Source: Felis catus
Taxonomy: Eukaryota
DNA: 64,000 nt
Assembly: GCF_018350175.1 (NCBI RefSeq)
Contig: NC_058368.1
Span: 102,922,001 to 102,986,000 of the forward strand
Direction: 5' to 3'
This document shows, in pieces, positions 48,806-59,804 of this stretch. Every line of letters starts with the position of its first letter. Position 1 is the first letter of the stretch. The notes below the pieces were generated by a model. That model was not told the DNA's origin and ran no database searches. It saw nothing but the letters and a program-made list of their open reading frames with translations. The position numbers and the translations under genes are program-made.

Positions 48806-49655
48806 ACATTACATGGTGATTAAGCATGTGCTTTAGAGGCAGAGACGCCTAAGTTCTGTAACTTGGACCAGCTGCTTAACATCTAAGTTTCAGTTTGCTC
48901 AAGTATAAAATTTGGTGTTCTAAGAATTAGAAATTACACATAGACGGATTGTAAAGTATAATATGCATTATCTGATAATTAAAACATAAGATGAATATAT
49001 GTATGTCATACATATAAAACCTCTCGTTCTCAGAAAAACTTGTGTATATTTGCTACCTGGAAGTGGCACTAGGTAGTTCATTAAGAGGCATCTCCAAAAG
49101 ATTTAGCGGTATTTCCACTGTATTGATTGTTGTAACTAATGCATAAAGCTAAACAAACATGAGACAGATTTTCCCCAGTGTTGTGACAATCTCAGGGGAC
49201 ATAGCTGCTGGCAGGGTACTAAGTGACTCTGTCTTCTGTTACAGTATGCTAAAGGGCTCCATGGTGGCTTGAAGCAGATAATGTAGTTCCCAAGGGAAGC
49301 GTGTTAGAACCAGGGAATAACTTAGGTACTGGTCTCAGCAGGGTCTATTATTTACTCGCGTAAACAATGTTTAAATGATCTAGTAGTGCATGTATAATAT
49401 TATAATAGGGGTCATAAAGGCCATAAATACTTCCAATCCAGAAGACCAATTCAAGCCCCTCTGAAATCATGTAATTAGAGCTGCTGGGATTGCATGCTAA
49501 TACACATTCATACGCACAAACCGTTTTAACCAGTGTGGAAGTAGATTCTACCGGCTGATGTGATAATTCAGTACAGTTTCACGATTCCTTAATAAATGGA
49601 TACTACAGAGTGAACGCACGGTAGATGTTCCAAAATCAAAGATGATGCTCTAAAA

Positions 49656-49834
49656 TAGGGGTCAGAAAGCTATGGCCCATGTCCAACTCTGTTTCACTGC
49701 CTGCATTTGTACATAAAATTGTACCGAAACACACCCGCACTCATCTGCTTCGTAGTTGAGATAGATTCCATATGGCCCGCCACAGTCCAAACTAGTTACT
49801 CTTGGGTGTTTCAGAGAAAAAGTTTCTGACCCTC
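49656..49834 (+). mobile_element. MER58A-like hAT MITE, internally deleted
   Basis: TIRs aggggtcagaaa / tttctgaccct; perfect 8-bp TSD ctctaaaa at 49648-49655 and 49835-49842. Confidence 0.88.
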
Positions 49835-50989
49835 CTCTAAAAGGATTTTGGAAACATGGCTTTACATCAGAGTTAGATTGGGGGAGTCGTGAAGCCAGGG
49901 GAAATGACAACATGAACAGCATCAGAAGACTGTGGCTGAGAATCCACCCCTGCCTGTTTCTGCCAAGGAGACATGCAAGCCCCAGGGCACCACTTCTTCC
50001 AAATTTGGAAAAAAAGACAAGTTTCCATTTCTTCAGTGGGATTTCCAGTTTTGGAGTCATTTTGGGGATAAGCCAAAGAGGTCTGCCCACCATTTGTGCC
50101 CTCTGGCTTAGAAGCTAAGGGAAAGAGTGGTGGAAAACAAGAGATAAGAAGTGGAATGAAGAAAGCACACGGCCGATACTGATTTTACAGACGGTTCTGG
50201 CTCCTTCGTGCAAAGGCCTCGGTGGACAGATTGAATGTATGTGCTGCAAAGAATGACAGACAGCATGGAAGGAGAAAAGCACCAGGCGCATCCATCAACT
50301 TCATTATAAACCCTACAGTTTCAAGGAGATGATGTCTGAAGAGAGGGAGAACACGGACATGGCAGTATCTGTAGGAGGCTGAGCAACGGAAAGAAGTTAA
50401 AAAAAATGCACTTACCTGAGCTGCCAAATCACAGCAGATGGTGTGATCTGAAGGGAGATAAACATTAAGGCTGGGAAAGCAAGCAATTCATCCTGTCAGC
50501 TTTCAAGGACTCGTACAGCTGAAGGATCAGCCCAAGAACTGGATAGAAACTGTACAACAGCAATGTTTGACAACAATCAAACCTGTCTACCAGACAGGTG
50601 ATGGAGGGTAACCTGCTGAGGAGAGAGGAACCCCTTCAGCAATGGGAAAGACTCCCACAACTGTTTGGAGTTAAAGAGCAGAAATGAACCAGATGTGAGA
50701 AATTGGAAGCAAATAGGGCATGCTATATGGCAAACACAAATCGGTAGACAAATGAAGTGATAACTCTCTTTAGGTACAACACAGCAGAGTGAGATAGCCT
50801 TGGGCTAGGGGAGAACGTGAAGATTCTGGCTTGTGGTTTTTATGTGTGCGTGAGCCTGACTCCCAGGATTTTCGTAGAGGATCTTGAATAAGTCACTGCC
50901 TGAAGCGCTGGCAGGATGACAGGCTTGATGGTGGCTGGATCTGCAGTACGACTTCGAGAGGCTGCCTCCATTCTCATACGAATTTCCCA

Positions 50990-51160
50990 TTCACTTATCT
51001 ATGTATTCATTGATTCCCTCTTGGATTTGTTTCATAAATATTTGCTTAAGTAAATACTTTGATCGTGTACCAGACACTGTCCTTGGTGCTGGAGTGAGAC
51101 CGGGGCATAAGACCAAGTCTTTCCCCTCCTGGAGCTTATATTCTACCGAAAGAGACATCA
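50990..51160 (-). mobile_element. L2 3' end fragment
   Basis: aaatactttgatcgtgtaccagacactgtccttggtgctggag..cctcctggagcttatattcta. Confidence 0.65.
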
Positions 51161-51344
51161 CTTAATAGCTATGTGGCCTGTTCTTTGTTTTTCTCCTTTA
51201 CAAAAAGTATATAATTATACTTGTTTTTACTTGTAGGATGGTGTAAGAATTACTGACACATTTCTATAAGGCAGAGCAAAAAGTCGGTCAGAATCAGATT
51301 TGATAATGTCATTCCCTACTCTGATGTCTTTTTATTATCTGGAA

Positions 51345-51564
51345 CATGGGTCTGCAAACTTTTCTGCAAAGGTGTAGGTAGCAAACATATCAGGCTCTGT
51401 GGGCCATATAGTCCCTCTCACCAATACTCAACTCTACTGGTGCAGTACAAAAGCAGCCATAGGCCGTGTATAAATGAATGAGTGGTTATGTTCCAATAAA
51501 ACTTTATTTATAAAACAAAGTGGTAGGCCGATATGGCCCGTGGGTTGTAATTTCCCAACTCCTG
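51345..51564 (-). mobile_element. MER58A MITE
   Basis: catgggtctgcaaacttttctgcaaagg..aaaagcagccatag..gttccaataaaactttattta..tttcccaactcctg. Confidence 0.88.
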
Positions 51565-51861
51565 ATGTAGTCTAGAGCATAACGTCCAAACGGTTAGTAT
51601 AGCAAACTGCCTGATCTAATTGTAACTCCATCTCCTTACCTTCCGTTTCTCCTGTAAAAATAAACAATTTGCTATTTCCTGAACCTTAACATAACGTCCC
51701 ATCTATCTTTTAAAAGTTGATAATAGCATGCTTAGTGTATATAACTCAAATAATGCAGTTACCTAAAAATTGAATTGGAGCCTAGTATTCATACCATTGT
51801 ATGACCCTAATTTTCCATTCCGAAATATATCATTTAATACATAGATGTTATCTTATTCTTT

Positions 51862-52098
51862 TTAAAGTATTTTTTTACTTAAAAATTATTTTTAGTGTTT
51901 ATTTTTGAGAGAGAGAGAGAGAGACAGAGAGACAGCGTGTGAATGGGGAGGGGCGGAGAAAGAGGGAGACACAGAATCTGAAGCAGGCTCCAGGCGCCAA
52001 GCTGTCAGCAGAGTCGGACCCAGGGCTCAAACCCATGAACTGTGAGATCATGACTTGAGCCGAAGTCGGTCACTTCACTGACTGAGCACCCAGGCGCC
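51862..52098 (-). mobile_element. Can-SINE
   Basis: TSD tatctt(a/g)ttcttt on both sides. Confidence 0.92.
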
Positions 52099-53034
52099 TA
52101 TCTTGTTCTTTTCAACGGTTGCTTAATATCTTATCGGACAGGTGACCCACAATTTATTTCACCACTCAGCCCTTCAAGCTTCCTCACCTCCCACGTGTTG
52201 CTTCCTCTGTCTTAAAGAGTCTTTCCTTGCCTATTTGGCAATCTTCTTCTTAAGCTCAAGGACCAGCTTAAACATAACTTTCTCTGTAAAATCTCCCTCT
52301 CATTTCCCAGGAAAAATTCACTCTGTTCTCATTTATATGCATAACTCCATTACAGCTCTTCAAGAGCCTGAGGAGAAGCGTGCTAGGTATTAAGAGATGA
52401 AGTTCAATGAGTGTTTATTAGATGCCAGATATTTTTTAAAGTCCTTAATCTGTACTAACTACCTGAAGAAACTGCTTTCTTGATGGCATTATCAAAATGC
52501 TGATTATGATGTCTTTTACTCTGAATTTTACACAAGGTGAGATGACTTTTTTCTTACGTGCAAGAGAAAAGAATCCCAACTCACCTGGTACTGGGGAATG
52601 CCTACCATTGTGCATGGAGTCTGGCGGGTGCAATATAAAAGCTGCATTCTCTCTCCTTTTAACCAGTAAGTTCCCTCCCTGACTGTGGTCATCAGACCTT
52701 AATCACATAGGTATCGCGGGGGGCCAGGATAATAATTTCCTCATGGTGGAATCTCAGTAAATATCTGCCTAGTGAGTTAATGAATCGGCCATAGAGGTGA
52801 GATAATTTACTAAATGGGAAGGAGCTGGACAACTTAATACCTTTCCTGAGTCCACAGTTTCTTCATCTTTAAGGGGTTTACTGTTTTAACTGCTTTGTTG
52901 ATGTAAAAGATTAGGGCTAAAGAACCCCTGATATTATATACTTGAGGGCTAGTAATTCAAGTTCTAGTACACATAGGCTGCAGTTTTTCAGAATTCAAGT
53001 CCTTAGGAGAGAGCCTTAATTTAAAACACAATCG

Positions 53035-53236
53035 GGGGCACCTGGGTGGTTCACTCTGTTGAGCGTCAGACTTTGGCTCGGGTCATGGTTTTGTGGTTTG
53101 TGGGTTCGAGCCCCTCATCGGGCTCTGTGCTGACAGCTCGGAGCCTGGAGCCTGCTTCGGATTCTGTGTCTCCCTCTCTCTCTGCCCCTCCCCTGCTCAT
53201 GCTCTGCCTCTCTCTGTCTCAAAAATAAATAAAACC
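53035..53236 (+). mobile_element. Can-SINE with microsatellite-expanded 3' TSD
   Basis: 5' TSD ttaaaa(ca)2atcg 53021-53034; 3' copy ttaaaa(ca)7atcg 53237-53260. Confidence 0.94.
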
Positions 53237-53639
53237 TTAAAACACACACACACACAATCGTATCATGTTATACGAAACTGAAAAAAGACACTGATTTAAA
53301 AAAATTTTTTTTTAGATATTTAAAGAAGACTCTTGCACTAAGATCTAGACAAGATAGTTACAGGTGACTAAGTTCTGTGCACACCTGGTTTCCTAGCAGC
53401 TCATCAGTGCCTATTAACCTTCCTTCTTCGAACTCCGTGATTGAGGAGAACAAAGTTGCAAAGTTGAACTGAGCATCTCACAGCAGCACATATCTCCATG
53501 ACGGTGAGCGTGCCGAGTGGGCACTGACTCTTGATTTACTGGCAATTTTAAGAATGGATCTCCGGACAGGTAGTAAATTAAGAGCAAACTTGCACTGGTC
53601 AGGTATTTTATAGCTTCCTGTGAGTGGCAGGGTAGCCAA

Positions 53640-53860
53640 TAATAACAACAATTATTCACAGAACCAGGCACTGTGCAAAGTGTGTTACAAATATTCTCTC
53701 ATTTAATCTCATGACAAGACTAGGATAAAGGTATTTTTAACCCCATTTTACCGATGAGTCGATTGAGACCTAGGTTAGATCCATTAAGGTGTCTATGGCC
53801 ATGCAGATAGGGATAGAGCTGTATTTGAGTCTCGGCAACTCCAGGCCCATGTTTTGTTTC
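53640..53860 (-). mobile_element. MIR
   Basis: ccaggcactgtgcaaagtg..ctcatttaatctcatgacaag..ccccattttaccgatgag..ttgagacc. Confidence 0.75.
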
Positions 53861-54167
53861 ACTAAAGCATTCAGGGCATGGGCATTCAAAGAGAGAAGTC
53901 AGTGCTGACTTCCTGTTTTCTTAGTAGAATCTGGACGCAGCCTCACGTCATAAATCATCATTTAAGAAGGGAACTAGAAAGTCCAAGTTTTTGTTCCTCA
54001 GCCCTGTAGCCTCAAGTGTTTGATTAATGCAACTGGTGGGCATTACAAGCTATTTAGAAGAGCGTGTAACCTTTATTTAAGGACCTTTAGGTCCTTAGAA
54101 CCTAAGGAAGTAGGAGATGATTGCCTCATGGAGAAATTCCAGGAACTGTTAGGAATAGGAAGGCAGA

Positions 54168-54318
54168 TTCTGTGTCTCCCTCTCTCTCTGCCCCTCCCCT
54201 GGTTGTACTCTGTCTCTGTCTCTCTAAAATAAATAAACATTAAAAAATAATAATAAAATAAAAGACTCAGGCTACAAACTCAAATATGCAAGGAATGCCA
54301 TGCTCATTAGAAAAAAAA
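54168..54318 (+). mobile_element. 5'-truncated Can-SINE plus 47-nt non-SINE tag plus second poly(A)
   Basis: Perfect 14-bp TSD aataggaaggcaga at 54154-54167 and 54319-54332 encloses SINE 3' half (54168-54263), unique tag (54264-54310) and A-run (54311-54318). Confidence 0.88.
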
Positions 54319-54629
54319 AATAGGAAGGCAGAAAAATGAGGACTGGAGAGACTGATACTCATTTTCCTCAATATGAAGGCAGTTTACATAATAACTCAGT
54401 TATGGACCTGGTTCTCCCTTTATATGACCTGAGGGCAAATGAATGGTACCCATAATACCTACCTGTGGCTCTAGAGCCAGGAAGATGCTCTCAAACCTGC
54501 ATGACCTCAAGAGAGGAGCAGAGCAACCTACATGTTCACCCCATATGTTTACCGGCTGCCACCTGTGAGATCCCCGTGCTGTGGGTAGTAAGGAGTAAAA
54601 AGCATGACTTACACTGCCAGCAGCCTCTG

Positions 54630-55114
54630 TTAGTATAAGATGGTCAGGAGATGAATCCCTGTTAGTCTCTGACATATCTGCACACCTTGCGAGCAGAAAC
54701 ATTTTTTCAAGGATGTTTGTACAGTAAATAGCCTCGGAGGACAGAGATAGCGTCGTTCTACAGAGCAGAGGTCTGGGTCATCTATCGTTCGGTATAATAA
54801 AGATGAGGTGGGCAAGGTGCACAGGCTAGGGCAAGGCTGAGGCACGTGTGCTTGCAGCCCGTTATAAAAGATGCAGGTTCCTCAGGCGTGATGCAAGCCA
54901 ACAGTGTCGTCAGCATCTATGGGAGGCACATCGCATCATCACACGGGACTCGGTGGGGGCGAGGGAAACTGACGTGGACGTGAAGCTCATGGTGTTTGCT
55001 GTACTGTGAGTCATAAAGTCCTTTGCCTCTGCCCCAGGGGCCTTGTGTCTTCTGCTAGGTTAATCTGTTTGCTTGCAAACAGGGTAAACTCGCTGATCCT
55101 TCACAGTCTTGACA
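54630..55114 (+). mobile_element. ERVL-class solo LTR (MER54-like)
   Basis: ctgcacaccttgcgagcaga..ttttcaaggatgtttgta..ttataaaagat..cttgcaaacagggtaaa..ccttcacagtcttgaCA; family name from memory. Confidence 0.7.
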
Positions 55115-56389
55115 TATACCTGGTGATCTACAGCTCCATGGAGCCCAAGATTGTTCTACCATTGTAACTAGAGAACCACAGCCCAAACAAATGCCTCATC
55201 CTTTATCATACCTTAGAAAGTTTCTCATGTTATGGTAGTCTGAATGTCACCCAGGATCTACCATTTCAAAAATAAAGCATGCCCGACGAGTGAGTTTTCT
55301 ATTACTCACGGGTCCTGAGTTACTTATTCCCATACAGCAATCTTTACAAAAAGACATAAACAAAAAAGAGGCCCTGAGGAAGAACACAGTCTAGCCCTTT
55401 TTCCTACCCATTCCTTAAATCTGTACAGGATCGAAAAGTTTTGATGATTATGGGTCCTTCCTTGAAGGAAAGGTAAATTAGGCTGAGCTAGTTAATGAGA
55501 CAATGACTGACTCATCTTTTATTGGTTATGAAGCTCTCCACACCCAAGCATTCAGTCCACTCGTAACTACTGCTGAGAGTCTGCCTAGAGCCTGTCTTCT
55601 ATGAAATACAGTGCATAAGCATCTTTTCCCAAGGCAACCGATCTCTGTTGCTGCAACATCAGTTCTCTTTAAGATGGTCACGGTGAGGGCAGGGCAGGGT
55701 TCCAACTTGCTTAACTCCAGGTTTCTCTGAGGTGAGCCGTCTTCAAGGGCTTCAAGAACTTTTTAACTTCAACCTGTGCTTTCAGATGACCTGTCCCCCA
55801 CAACACCCTCCTGCGTCTCTCTCTCTCTCTTTCTCTCGTTAATGGTATGTTTATAGGAGGTAATAAATATTTGTCCCATGACAACAGTGATTTTCCGTCG
55901 TTAATAAACATGTGCTCTCCCCTCTATTCTGAATTCTTGAGCCCACAATGATGACTTTACACGGGTGATTGTTTAAAAGACTCTCAATTTCTTTTCTAAT
56001 ACTATTAAAAACTCTGTCTCACACCCCTTACCACCCTGGAACGCCTTGTAGCCTCTCATACTCTTAAACCAAAATACAGTCTTCCCTATCCCTGTGTCAA
56101 CTCATACACACCCTCTTGGCTCTTTGACCTCACTGTCTGGACCACATGACTCCTTTCATTTCTTCACATTCCTGAGACAACTGTCCCCACTCCCAGCTAC
56201 CGTCACCACCTCAAACAGTCGCTGGGAAACCGTAGAGCTCTTTCTTATGCTGGACTGGTTTTCTCTTGACAATGGACTTTTGGAGCAGGCGTGTTTCACT
56301 CTTTGAAGATGCTATGCTGGCTATTCCCAAATGCTTTGTTTAAACAGGAGAAGGAAGGAGGCCTGAACTCTATACGTATGATTATTTTA

Positions 56390-56422
56390 TTTAATTATTT
56401 GAAGTTTATTTTTATTTATTTT

Positions 56423-56455
<33 letters not shown>

Positions 56456-56630
56456 CGAGCGAGCAAGGGGGGAGGGGTGGAGAGAGAGGGAGACAGACAG
56501 AATCCCAAGCAAGCTCTGTGCTGTCCGAGCAGAGCCCGATGCGGGACTTAAAGTCACGAACTGTGAGATCATGACCCGAGCTAAGACCAGGAGTTGGCCG
56601 CTCTACTTACGGAGCCACCCAGGTGCCCCC
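56390..56630 (-). mobile_element. Can-SINE
   Basis: SINE body; flanks tgattatttt on both sides. Confidence 0.9.
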
Positions 56631-57039
56631 ATGTGATTATTTTTTATTCTGTCATCTCAGCCTTGTATTCAGCTCTGCTAACTCTCTAACATCTTGTAGC
56701 AGATGATGTTATCACCTGATGGTTAAGGGCAACTGTTCGATGTTTTGATTCTATATTTGGGTTTGGTCCTTAGCTCCATTGGATAGGATTTCTTTTTCAC
56801 AGCTCATATTCCCAGGGAGTTTATACAAGCTTTCTCAGCTGGTTCGGCAGGACAGTTAATTAGCACAGTCACCTCAGCTGTGCTGACATTGGTTGATGAT
56901 ACCAGTGTAAAACCAGAAATGTTTTGGAATGATAGGCTGCGTGAACGGATGCCCAAAGAGCCGTGCTGCCTTTTCCTCTTCTGTTCAAAATATGTTTAAC
57001 TGTAGCTCTTCTTCCAAAGTACAGATAGCACTAGCGATT

Positions 57040-57062
57040 AACAACAACAACAACAACAACAA
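57040..57062. repeat. (AAC)n STR
   Basis: Direct reading. Confidence 0.9.
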
Positions 57063-57508
57063 AAGCCCCCTCCCCAAACCCAAAACTGGTATTCCAAAAA
57101 GCCAGATAGGAGATGATCACTAGCCATTAAACAAATCTTCTTTCCAAAGAGACGGTATAGAGCTGTATGGGTTTGAACGCACAGAATAATGTTCTTTGTG
57201 TCTTGCAATCCGGTTCCACATATGGCAGTCCTGCTGAGCGATGTGACCAGGCAAAGTTGAGGGACTTGTTACAGTGAGTCTATTAGCAGCAAGGGGATCT
57301 TGTTCCAGTGAATTTGTGCCAGGAGGCTGTTTCATGCAAATCACTAACATGGTACTGAGTTGGTTACACAGGAAGTATCAGGATGGAATGGAGAAAGGTC
57401 TCCATACTCTTCTAGCACTATCTCAGGGGTATCATTTCACCCCGTTGATTTTTGGGAACCATCTTAAGGATTACTCACCCTGTCCTCTTATTGAAAAAGG
57501 AACTATTT

Positions 57509-57746
57509 GGGGCGCCTGGGTGGCGCAGTCGGTTAAGCGTCCGACTTCAGCCAGGTCACGATCTCGCGGTCCGGGAGTTGGAGCCCCGCGTCGGGCTCTG
57601 GGCTGATGGCTCGGAGCCTGGAGCCTGTTTCCGATTCTGTGTCTCCCTCTCTCTCTGCCCCTCCCCCGTTCATGCTCTGTCTCTCTCTGTCCCAAAAATA
57701 AATAAACGTTGAAAAAAAAATTGTTTTTTAATAAAAAATAAAAAAA
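57509..57746 (+). mobile_element. Young SINEC_Fc
   Basis: TSD gaaaaaggaactattt at 57493-57508 and 57747-57762. Confidence 0.97.
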
Positions 57747-58476
57747 GAAAAAGGAACTATTTGAGACGACATTACGGTCATTATATTTAACATTCTGGGT
57801 AATTCATGCAAGGGGCTACTTTGAAATATCTCAGAATTGATGAATCCTCCTTAACCAAAAAGAAGGCGTTCCTTCACAGAGCCTGCTGTGCCTTGTACCA
57901 TCTGGCTTCAGTTTATGGGACAGGAGATCGGTACCCTCTCCTAAGAGCTTAAGTGCTCTGGCATGGGACAAGGACCTTGCTCAACAGGAGTACCTTTTGG
58001 GGAATGATGACCAGCTAAGTCAGGCACATATTCTCTCAGTACAACTTTTTGCACCTTCCCCCCCCCCCCCCCCCCCCCCATCACAAAAGAAAGACAATCA
58101 ATTGCATCTGGGACTCTATTAGAAGACCAGGCAGAAAGCTCCACCCCATTAAGCGGTCGTTCAACAGTAAGGCTCATATTTCCCTAGGACTTCCACTCCC
58201 AGTTTGGAGTTTATGATCATATTTACATGTTTCTGTCAGATGTTTCCTGGCATAATTGAAATGTTCCTAAGAGGCGTGCCGGAACTGTAATTGTAGCTAG
58301 AGTCATCATCTTTTTCAGCCTGGCACATGAAAGTGTAGGCAGCCCATTCAAGGTTGACATTCCAGGGTCTGGCTTGTATTGGTGACATTTAAACACCACC
58401 CATATCTTTGAGGAAACACAGTTCATTTGTTTGAGGAAAATGTTACTTTCATTCTCACTCGCTTTTCTATATTCAA

Positions 58477-58535
58477 AATAATGATGATGATGATGATAAT
58501 AATAATATAATAATAATAATAATAAGAATAATAAT
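58477..58535. repeat. Compound (ATG)n/(ATA)n STR
   Basis: Direct reading. Confidence 0.9.
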
Positions 58536-59584
58536 GCAAGCAGTGTCCTGAGCGGAGAAAGCTTTAACGGCCTATGATTTAAAGACATCAACTAAGAAGA
58601 TATTTACATGTTCATGTGGGGTAAAGGAAGCATAGAAGAGAGCTGAGAAATACATGTTTGTATGGGGTCAATTTGTATTTTCCAGGTCACATACGAATTT
58701 TGCAGAGACAGCGGGCTTTTAAAACTGTGAAGTTATTTTAAATAGCCCCTCGTGTTCTGCCACACTTCAACACGTCTCAACCACCCAGTCAGCTGCAGAT
58801 GAATGCACTGAACATCCAAACTCGTTTTAATTTCTCTCCCCAAGTATGGCATTCATTTTTTCCTCACTGGCCATTTAATGCCCCATGAATTATTTAAAAT
58901 CGGAAACCAAACAATAAGTGGATAGGGCCTCCTGACAAGTGGATTCCTGTTCTGCTTTCTAAAAATAGTTCAACAATCGTCAGTTGAATGCGTCCTGTGT
59001 TCTAGACTTTGCTTTATTGCCTTGTCAAGGGAAACTCCGCTAGAAGCAAAGTCTGGCTATCTCCGTACAGACAGAACACCTTGTTTGTCTGCATGCGAGG
59101 TGTTCACCCTCTGGTAAAGAAGGAATGTTCCCAAGTACTTGCCAACCATTACCTCCTGTACTAGCCTGGTAGCAGGTCCAGGGGAAAGTGATTCAGATAC
59201 ACTCTGACCTCACGGATCTCTTATTCCGTTTTCCCTATAACAATAATGATATTGTAACATCGATACTGGCGATTCAGAGCTTGCCAAAAAAATATCTTAT
59301 TAACTAAGCAGACAAGGGAAATAATGCCACGGGGAGTGTACTAGAATTCTTTGATAAAGTTTTCCCTTTGTCTGGTTAACAGAGCTAAGGAGATTCTGCT
59401 TCTGTTTCCTGATAACAACGTTTCATAGTGAGTCAGGGTTTTTAAGACCTTTTGCCTTCAAAACAAAGAGCTGAAGTCAGGGGCTCAAAAAGGACACGCG
59501 CATGACCACATCAAAGACCGGTTCACATTTTCTGTGTCTGCTCAAAGACAAACTTTGGCTGACTTCATACTGAAATTTGCCTTT

Positions 59585-59804
59585 TAACAAAAATTTTTAA
59601 CATGTTTATTGAGTTCTTTTGAGAGAGAGTGAGAGAGCCTGCATGTGTGTGTGAGTGGGGGAGGGCCAGAGAAAGAGGGCGAGAGAGAATCTCAAGCGAG
59701 CTCCAAGCTGAGAGCGCTGGGCTCGAACTCACGAACCAAAAGATCATGACCTGAGCCGAAATCAAGGGTCAGATGTTTAACCGCCTGGGCCACCCAGGCG
59801 CCCA
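59585..59804 (-). mobile_element. Can-SINE (old)
   Basis: SINE body; degenerate TSD tgaaatttgccttt / tgaaattcactttt. Confidence 0.88.

Noticed and set aside
49662..50093. 143-aa minus-strand ORF
   Set aside because: Its C-terminal part is MER58 sequence; no recognisable homology.
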